A stretch of DNA of 64,000 bases from Bigelowiella natans CCMP2755 (lineage: Eukaryota > Protista > Cercozoa): positions 1 to 64,000 of the forward strand of contig ADNK01000171.1 in NCBI GenBank assembly GCA_000320545.1. Reading direction: 5' to 3'. The position numbers were made by a program, and so were the translations under genes. Below are positions 56,195 through 64,000 of the stretch, piece after piece (position 1 is the first letter of the stretch; the number at the start of each line of letters is the position of its first letter). Under the pieces are notes generated by a model. The model was not told the origin of the DNA, ran no database searches, and saw only the letters and a program-made list of their open reading frames with translations.

Positions 56195-57079
56195 CTAGAA
56201 GCGCAATCCAGCAGTGAACCCAAGAGTAAATCCAGCAACGTTCGGCAAACCGTAAGACAGCACTGAACATGATATGCAATACATTAAACCTGTCATGCAA
56301 ACATTTGGAAAATATGTACCCTTTTTGACTTTTTTCCAAACGACGATAAGATCCTTTGAGTCGACTTTTCCTGTGATGTCATTCCAACAGCAAGAATGTT
56401 ACGCAAACACAATTAAAACCAGCAGGACTCTTACCGTCGTTGTCAAGGTCCATGGTCTTCTGGAACTTCTTATTTAGCTCATCGTATGGAATCTTTATGT
56501 ATCCATTGTATGAGGCAACCTTAAAAATACGATTGCACAGCATCAGCAAATAATGAGTCTCTCGTTTCCAACACGAAATATATTGCGTGCACCTGCAGAA
56601 GAATGAAACCCATTCCAACGAAGTAGGCTGCTTGTTTCGCGAGCTGTTTTGTTGCATATCCTGAAAAGGCACGCAGGCGTTTAACATGTGGCATTCTAAT
56701 GTCTACTGATATATCATGACCTGCACAGGCGCCCGCTAATCCTCCGAGTGTAATCTCCTTTCCGACATGCATAAGGATAACCTGAACCCGCAAAGTTCTT
56801 AGTCACACTGACAACATTCCCGATAAAATTCGTGCCTATAACCTTCATGCCATCAACTTCATCGTCATCCTCTTTTTCTTCCCCGCCACCGGGCAGACCC
56901 TTGCATTCCTTCTGCGGGCTGCTGTACAGGAGCGCAGGGAGGGTCAGAGACGGAAAGCCCTAATCCCAATAACAAACCCATGATCAGCAAAACAATGTTG
57001 CACGAAATTCATCAATACTGCCACATCCCCGCACCTTAGCTTTGGTCAGAAATAACTGCACGGCGTGGTTGAGGTCCAT
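56195..57079 (-). CDS. FUN14-family (FUNDC-like) membrane protein
   Basis: Spliced LGGLAGACAGYATKQLAKQAAYFVGMGFILLQVASYNGYIKIPYDEL...DLDNDGKVDSKDL...VLSYGLPNVAGFTLGFTAGLRF*. Start uncertain. Confidence 0.85.
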
Positions 57080-57369
57080 GGAGGGGGAAGGAAGGCCAGA
57101 GATCAGATTTGGTGTGCGACGGATGCAAGTGTTTCCAGTGTCGGTAAAAATTCAAAAAAACCATCGCGTTTCTTTTTCGCGACAACAAAACGCTTGCGTT
57201 TTGTGGTGTAACCAGCCGCTTTTGTTTTGCCGCGATCATCATCAGGACCGTGCGCGATTGCACAGCCTCTTTGGATCGTGCGACATGGAATGAGATCGTG
57301 AAACGGTCAGGTAGTGGCCTATGGCCAAGTCGCATGACAAAGATCTCCTACATCATTGCATCATCATGG

Positions 57370-57794
57370 CACTTTTCGAGTGATCTTGCTGTTTCGGAAC
57401 ATTCCTAGCAAATTCTTTCTCCTTCTGATGCTTGCCGAACTCCATGTGTGCTAGTAGTGGTGTCTCTGTCTTCCACAGACTCAAAACTCAATCGCCGGTG
57501 AAGGCGCTCAAAACACACTAAATGGGGTATGAAGACTCCCGCATGTTTCGATCTCCATTCGGTAAATGGGCCTGGTTCAGTAGCAGTAAGAGTTACTGAA
57601 ACCAGGCTGTGAGGTTCGACTCCTCACGAGATCACGGGGAGGTAAACTCGATTGTCACCACGGTGCACTTTCGATTCCCTACCTCCCACAAGGCCTAAAG
57701 GAGGCCCACTAGTTGGGTCTTATAAGGTTCCGACCGCTTCCTTTAGGTGGCTACTGGTGTGGGATGAGGGGCCAGTTGAAGCTAAGGGTTTTTT
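57370..57794 (+). ncRNA. Candidate structured RNA/leader containing a tRNA-like cloverleaf (57550-57634)
   Basis: GATCTC/GAGATC acceptor-like stem, CATT-CGGTA-AATG D-like arm, 15-bp GCCTGGTTCAGTAGC/GTTACTGAA(A)CCAGGC arm, GTGAGG-TTCGACT-CCTCAC T-arm (perfect B-box GGTTCGACTCC). Further stems GGGAGGTA/TACCTCCC and CCTAAAGGAGGC/GCTTCCTTTAGG; T6 run at 57789-57794. Confidence 0.6.
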
Positions 57795-57896
57795 AAGCCC
57801 ATACTCTCTATATATGATTTTCGTCCGGCAAAGTTTACCTCCCTTTGCGCGGATTTTTTAACATGACGAGGGAATGAAACAAAAGTATCAAAAATT

Positions 57897-59300
57897 ATGA
57901 AGTCAGTCTGGACTAAAGCCAATGAAGTGGATTCTTACAATGAAGAAGAAGAAGTGACGATGTTCGTGAAGAGAAAGCTGTTCATAGCCAGAGTTTCTTC
58001 AGTCTCAGCGAAACAAGCACTAGTGACATATGTGAATGAAGACACTGGGGAAGATGAAATGATTCTCAGGAGACAATATGCACTTCGGCCTGCTGAATCA
58101 CTCTCTCTGAGGAACTTTAGAGATGAATCATTTAGGATTCCACTACCTCGCAAAGCCATAGATCTAGCTCGACACCTTGAGGAAGGGGATGTCATCCAAA
58201 TTGTCCAAGCCACAGTAACCTATGCTGCAGATGGTACCTCTGAAGATGTTTTACTTCGGGCTCCCCTGATCTCTGGTAGATTAAATCGAGAAAAGGTCAA
58301 AACCTGCGAGGTGGTAGTTGAGGACAACCTCCCTGTGAAATTTGATGAAATATTGGAAACTTGCGAAGCTTCTTCAGCAGATGCTACTTGTAAGGCTACT
58401 ACTGCTGCTGCTGATGAGGTTGATGACGACGACACTGTCTCGACTGTCACCGAAACTGTTGATGGAGAGCAGAATGACGTGATAGGCAACAGTGAAATAG
58501 AACCTGAGGAGATGAAGGCACATGAGAGCCACGACTGCGACGACCTTGGGGAAAGGGTTTATGCTCAGATGGACTCAATCATTTGTAAATTGACAGGCAT
58601 GTTTCTTGAAAATGAGAGGGAGCAAGTTGAAGCAGTCATATGTGATAAGTTTACGCTTCGTGAGGGAATGATCAGAGCTTTACAGCATCTCAACGAAGCA
58701 GAGAAAGAAGAGCAGCTGCCTACTTCAGAAGTGAAAACACAACTGGATACTCCTACTCGTGCTCCTGTGGTTCAGCCTCCAAAGACAAAGACTAAGCAAG
58801 ATTGGAAGGATTTGAGAAGAAAATTAAGAGGAGAACCACAGTGTACTGAGAGAGCGAGCAATGTGAAGAGGGAGAAGGTTTCGAAGGCTCCAGAGGAATT
58901 TGAACAGAAATCTGAGCTATCTAAATTGCATCGAGCAGATACCAGAACAATGAAGAGCCTTGAGATCCCTTCTCTGTTGAAGCCTATTCATGGTGGTGAT
59001 GATGGCTGGAAGACTGTCACAAGCAAGAAACCCAAGAGAAGGTATCTGAAACTTCGGATCGAAGATCTTAGAGCTGGAGACGAGTACGTGGGAGAAGTTA
59101 CGGACGCCTTCAACTTCGGTTGCTTCATAAACTTCGGATGTGAAAAGGAAGGACTCATGCGCTATGCCCACCCACGGAGCAAATCTGTGGGGCCTAAGGA
59201 CAGGTTCGGGGTGAAGCGGGGGCAGAAAATGAAGGTCAGGGTGTTCAATGCTGACAGCTGTCGTCGAAGGATTAATCTAGACTTTGTCCACTATGCTTGA
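57897..59300 (+). CDS. Intronless putative RNA-binding protein: OB-like N-terminus, MLLE/PABC-like domain, C-terminal S1 domain
   Basis: 467-aa ORF. LGERVY...KLTGMFLE resembles the PABC signature LGERLF...KITGMLLE; LRAGDEYVGEVTDAFNFGCFINFG..KEGL...VKRGQKMKVRV...RRRINL is a typical S1 repeat. Confidence 0.8.
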   Translation: MKSVWTKANEVDSYNEEEEVTMFVKRKLFIARVSSVSAKQALVTYVNEDTGEDEMILRRQYALRPAESLSLRNFRDESFRIPLPRKAIDLARHLEEGDVIQIVQATVTYAADGTSEDVLLRAPLISGRLNREKVKTCEVVVEDNLPVKFDEILETCEASSADATCKATTAAADEVDDDDTVSTVTETVDGEQNDVIGNSEIEPEEMKAHESHDCDDLGERVYAQMDSIICKLTGMFLENEREQVEAVICDKFTLREGMIRALQHLNEAEKEEQLPTSEVKTQLDTPTRAPVVQPPKTKTKQDWKDLRRKLRGEPQCTERASNVKREKVSKAPEEFEQKSELSKLHRADTRTMKSLEIPSLLKPIHGGDDGWKTVTSKKPKRRYLKLRIEDLRAGDEYVGEVTDAFNFGCFINFGCEKEGLMRYAHPRSKSVGPKDRFGVKRGQKMKVRVFNADSCRRRINLDFVHYA

Positions 59301-59508
59301 TGTGGTACAAGAGTCCAAAGGAACAAAAAGTAACAAGAACAAGGAATCAGAACAAAGGCTTGTGCACATGAGCAGACATTTACAGATTCACTCGATGTCA
59401 CTGGTCTCAGAAATGTTCAAGGCTGACAGCTGTCGTCGAAGGATTTGTCTAGACTTCGTCCATTATGCCTGATGTGGTACAAGAGTCCAAAGGAACAAAA
59501 AGTAACAA
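59242..59508 (+). repeat. 95-bp direct repeat of the ORF 3' end and adjacent UTR
   Basis: 59242-59336 versus 59414-59508, 6 mismatches, all in the coding part. Confidence 0.95.
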
Positions 59509-60361
59509 TCATTGCGGGCTGCAAATTGTCATAAGGGAACATCGGCGTAACCCTGAAATTACCGTCTGGAACGGTGCGCCTATTTTCGAATTTTCCTTCA
59601 AGACCGTTCCCATCTCAGCGCATATGTGTATGATTTGGATGCAAACGTTGTCACAAACATGGAATTTTGCTACGGCATCAACATTGTCTAGCTGTGCATG
59701 TGCCTGTGCATTTGCATGTGTGTGCGAATCTACATGTGTGTGTGTTATGTGTGTGTGCGCGCGCGCGTTGTCTAGTACACGCGCAGCGCAGCTGGCATCG
59801 TCGATCACACTAGCTTGGCTAGCTGTGCGACAACGAGGAGGCATTTCACTTGTACACTTGGTGGCAGTCTAGCAGTCTTACCAGCAGCGTGACTGCTCGC
59901 AGCACTGGCCACTGCATGCTATGGCCTCAGCGCGGCAGTGTGCTTCTTGCACAGCAGCGCATCTTGTTTGCTGCGAAAGCCACCTTCCGCCGTTCTTGCT
60001 TGCGCTGATATAGATTGTCACATCATCTGGACATGTGCAAGCTGACTGTAAAGTAATTGTCTCCGATGTCCGCGCATCGCTGGAAACACTTTGTTCATTG
60101 GATTTTGGTCATTGCATTCATGCAACATGTTGATTGGCGCGGCGGCCTAGCGTCATGCATGATCGAATCGAACCATGCCGAGGTCATTAGGCGGCATCGG
60201 CCATAGCGCTGCATATATGTGAAGCGGATACACACGTTTAACTCACATTCATCTGATCTGTTACTACATGCACGCATGCAAAGCTTGTGTGTGCCCACAC
60301 GGCAGCGCTATCTTGTCACTGACGTTTAGACGTAGGGAATCTATTAGGTCTAACAACTCAG

Positions 60362-60843
60362 CTACTGGCCAAGACTACCCCTGAACGTTCCAGTCCCCCC
60401 GCCACCCTTATTCAGCCTTCTGTTCCTCTTGGATCTATCCCGCTTTGGCTTCCATTTCAACGATCGCCTTACCCTAAGAGAGAAACAGAGATGTGAATCG
60501 ACGCCGTACATTGAGAGCTTTATTCTATCATGAAGCAATCCCGTATCGTACAGATCAAAACTCTCCATTGCGCATGGATTCAAGCTGAACAAGTCGGACT
60601 CTGTTCGAAACTGGCGCGTGCGACATGTTTGTATGTAAAACGTACTGCTGACTACTACCTTGGCATGAATGCGTCGATATAATCTGCAGGATCAGTGTCG
60701 GCCTTGAAATCTTCCACATAGCGTCTTCGCAATCTTCCCTTCTCCGCCATCTTCCAGATATTCTTTTGAAGGAGAAATAGACAACAAACAACGTCGTGTT
60801 AAGATCACATAAAGATGCTGCTCCATTGCGACTCACATTATAC

Positions 60844-60884
<41 letters not shown>

Positions 60885-61694
60885 AACACACGCATGCATA
60901 TGCACACACGCGGTTTTTTGGGTAAATAGCCAACCGACCAGCTTTCGCTCCAGCTTTATGTCGAGTTTCTTTGTCTTTATGGCATTGCGCTTGTTACGCC
61001 CCGTATCAGCTGAGCGTACTGGAAAAGAATAATAACCGAAGAAAGATGAGAGATGAAACATGGCTGGTGACACTCTCGAAAATAACACAGTTGTCCTTAA
61101 AAGGGGGCGGTGGCGCGGTGGCGCGGTTAGGGAATTTTTCTTATTCTCTGCAGCCTCCTTCATCCTCAAAATGAAACACGGAGGACAACAAACAGACGTG
61201 GCCAATGGGCACTTACTTCCTTTAATTTCAGAGGATCCTGTGATCTGGTAGTTGTACGGCAGCTTTTGGGGATTTTGCAGGATTTTTTTGTACCAAAGCG
61301 GTGTGCGCTTCCCCCAAAAGTAGTTGCCCTGTCGGGAGGGGCGCCGTTTTGTCTTTGATTACGATGACTCTCTCCCTCCCCCCCCCCCCCCCTCTCTCTC
61401 TCTCTCTTTGTATAGGCTTTTGCATAGGCGGGTAAGTGTTGGCAAGGATGAAAGAGGGGGGAGGCGCGGAGGAATGGGGATTGTGAAGTACCTCTTTTCC
61501 TTTCATCACTTTGAGTCCCTCCTCAGCCGAATTCAGCATAGGCTATGCATACACGCACGCACGCACAAAAGAACGGCGAGCAACCGGTAAAGAGAACATC
61601 CATTGCTCTTGTTTGCGCTCCATAATACATTTGCAAGCAAGTACACACACACATATACACACACATACACACAGAGAGAGAGACAGAGAGAGAC

Positions 61695-61745
<51 letters not shown>

Positions 61746-62586
61746 AAGAGACGCAGGCACACATACAAGCACTTCTCCTACTACCTCAAGCTCGTCGTCA
61801 AAGCCCATCGGAGGATTCGCTATTAGAGTCCCACCCATTGTTGGATGGCTGCTATTGCTGTCCGTCACGCCGTACCTGTTTGTCATTGAGATCAAAGGCA
61901 AATCAGGGAACAGCAACAACCGCCATCACCCATGCTGTGGTGGTGGTCTTGGGGTTGGGATTGACGCATCGTCAACCATTTGCCATCATCACCACCATCA
62001 CCCTCATCATCATCATCACCATTGCCATCATCTGCCCTACTACTACAGCTACTACGGCTGCCTCCATCATCAATACCGAAACGATCATCGTCATCATCAT
62101 CATCATCATCGCAATTACCATCCACCACCACCACCACCACCACCACTACCATTACTACTACTACAACTACAACAACTTCTACCTCCAGTCGCAGCCCATG
62201 ACGAATCGAAAGCCTCGCTTCACGACTCTGTTGTGGTTTTTGGGGGGTGTAGGATAAACATACATACGATAAACATCTTTCAGTGACGACACGCACACGC
62301 CGCGAGCGGAGAGCGAAAAGACTGCGTTAGTGGTTCTCTGTGGGGGGGGGAGGGGGGAGAAGCATCATTTTCCGTTGGTCCCCTGTGCAGCACGGCAGAG
62401 AGCGTCGATGGGACTGTTTTCATAATCGTCGAGGAGGAGGAGGAGGAGGAGGAGGAGGAGGAGGACGCAAATGATGATGATGATGACCTTTCATAGATCT
62501 TCTGTGCTTCTCGACGGTCGGAGTTTTTCATCAGAGGTGATGCCTGTTGTGAATACGTCTATATGTATATGATTTATATATAAATT

Positions 62587-62618
<32 letters not shown>

Positions 62619-62851
62619 GATCAAAAACATAACTAGTGATGCTCTTTTGTGTGTAGGATGCGAATTTCCCCCCCCCTCTCTCATCATCGTCATCACGGCA
62701 TCGTCATCACGGGCATGATGACGTCATGGTACCTCTTGGTCGTCCTCCGCAACCTGGATGACCAGCAGATTGACCAGCACCGGATTCGATTCGTATCATA
62801 AAAAAAACCATTGATGTCAGGAACTAATGCACGCATATTAATTTTCCAATG

Positions 62852-62904
<53 letters not shown>

Positions 62905-63000
62905 CCATATGAGTGTGGGTTGTGGTTGCACACATCTCATCTACAGCATATTCTGTGAGCTTTTCATAGGAATGGGGGGAGAGGGAGGAGGGACACGGAG

Positions 63001-63039
<39 letters not shown>

Positions 63040-63229
63040 AACACGGCCTTTTGATGATGAAGACATCAGTCCAACAAAGACGGCATCAGCACAATGGTAG
63101 CAACAGCAGCAGCGGCTCACACCTCTAGCCCGCTCATCACATGCTTGATTTCGCCTTCTCCGTTGTACCTGATGTGTGGTTGGGAGATGGGCAAAGTTAA
63201 GCTTATGTCTTTTATATTATTAAATAAAT

Positions 63230-63285
<56 letters not shown>

Positions 63286-63841
63286 CATGATTGAGACAGC
63301 ACACAACACCCATCGGCATCGCCACCATCACAGTCCTCCTCTCATCTATGTCAATATTCTAGCGATGGCCCTTACGTGATCATCACGGTCGCCTGAGGGA
63401 AGCGGTCAAGGTATCTGGGCCATATTCATCCACCAATCAATCAATCAATCAAATCAATCCAATCAATCAGTCTTCATTGCGTTGTGCGCGCGGTTTATGG
63501 GTACTGGACAATCGTTCGAAATATTATGACCACTGCAGCAGATGGGGCACCTGCAGCTTTTTGAGTACGTTTGTGTGAGTGTGTGCGCGCGCGCGCGCGT
63601 GTTCAAATCAATCATCACCGAATGAAATCCGCGGGCTGTTCCTGGAAATCGCAGTCATACACCACGACGCCTAACCACATTCATTGGGCGCATCAGCAGG
63701 GATACAGGAGGTTGATGCAGAAGATCGGGGGGGTGGGGGGGGGGGATCGTTGTTATTGGTGTTGTACCGTTCGGATTTCGTGGCGGCAGTTGCGACCTCA
63801 TAAGATCCTTGGGACTCTGAGCATAAGAGAGTACAGACTTA

Positions 63842-63880
<39 letters not shown>

Positions 63881-64000
63881 TACTACTGCAGAGTACGGCT
63901 ACTGGGCTACTCCCTCCTACCCCTATTAGTAGCCAGCACGCACGCACGCACGCCCCATTTTCAAAATAAAGATGCGATCTTCGTAACCATATTTTTCCAG
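60362..64000 (-). CDS. Multi-exon hypothetical protein, 5' end unresolved (probably outside the window)
   Basis: GT-AG bounded exons DTGRNKRNAIKTKKLDIKLERKL, NIWKMAEKGRLRRRYVEDFKADTDPADYIDAFMP, LNPCAMESFDLYDTGLLHDRIKLS and a last exon ...GGGGTGTFRGSLGQ*. No domain recognised. Confidence 0.5.

Noticed and set aside
56380-56520. Calmodulin-like EF-hand gene from DLDNDGK
   Set aside because: After splicing it is an internal loop of the FUN14-family protein.
21034-57079. ATG3 plus FUN14 as an autophagy/mitophagy cluster
   Set aside because: More than 30 kb and about ten unrelated genes apart; no evidence of linkage.
57550-57634. Canonical tRNA gene (Leu-CAG with intron, or Sec/UCA)
   Set aside because: No 8-9 linker, 6-bp acceptor, wrong residues at positions 32/37 in either register, and no long variable arm; kept only as a tRNA-like structure.
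57380-57700. HDV-like ribozyme (GTGATC/GATCAC P1, TCCTCAC loop, GG, P4)
   Set aside because: P3 cannot form around the 7-nt loop (GAC/GAG) and P2 is weak, so the nested double pseudoknot is unsupported.

Overview
Gene-dense, intron-rich eukaryotic nuclear DNA. Short GT-AG introns, heavy microsatellite content and signal-plus-transit-like N-termini suggest an alga with a secondary plastid; a chlorarachniophyte is my inference and cannot be proven from the window. About 20 genes could be spliced together by hand. Recognisable products are a secreted His-brace LPMO-like protein, an NPAT-like LisH protein, RBBP9, RAD52, ATG3, MND1, an EamA/DMT transporter, FANCJ/BRIP1, a cytochrome P450, a calycin/FABP-like protein, two PH-domain proteins, phosphopantetheine adenylyltransferase, TBC1D19 and a FUN14 protein. 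Four things stand out. (1) At 57.36-59.51 kb an intronless OB/MLLE/S1 ORF follows about 430 nt of dense predicted RNA structure containing a tRNA-like cloverleaf with a perfect B-box. It is followed by a diverged 95-bp duplicate of its own 3' end and bracketed by a candidate 8-bp target-site duplication. (2) Genes are arranged almost entirely as head-to-head pairs, separated at their 3' ends by 0.4-1 kb spacers rich in alternating purine-pyrimidine sequence and palindromes. (3) The LPMO-like protein appears to have Trp at the axial Tyr/Phe position. (4) A second compact multi-hairpin element lies at 48.8 kb. All exon structures are manual reconstructions and some termini are approximate.
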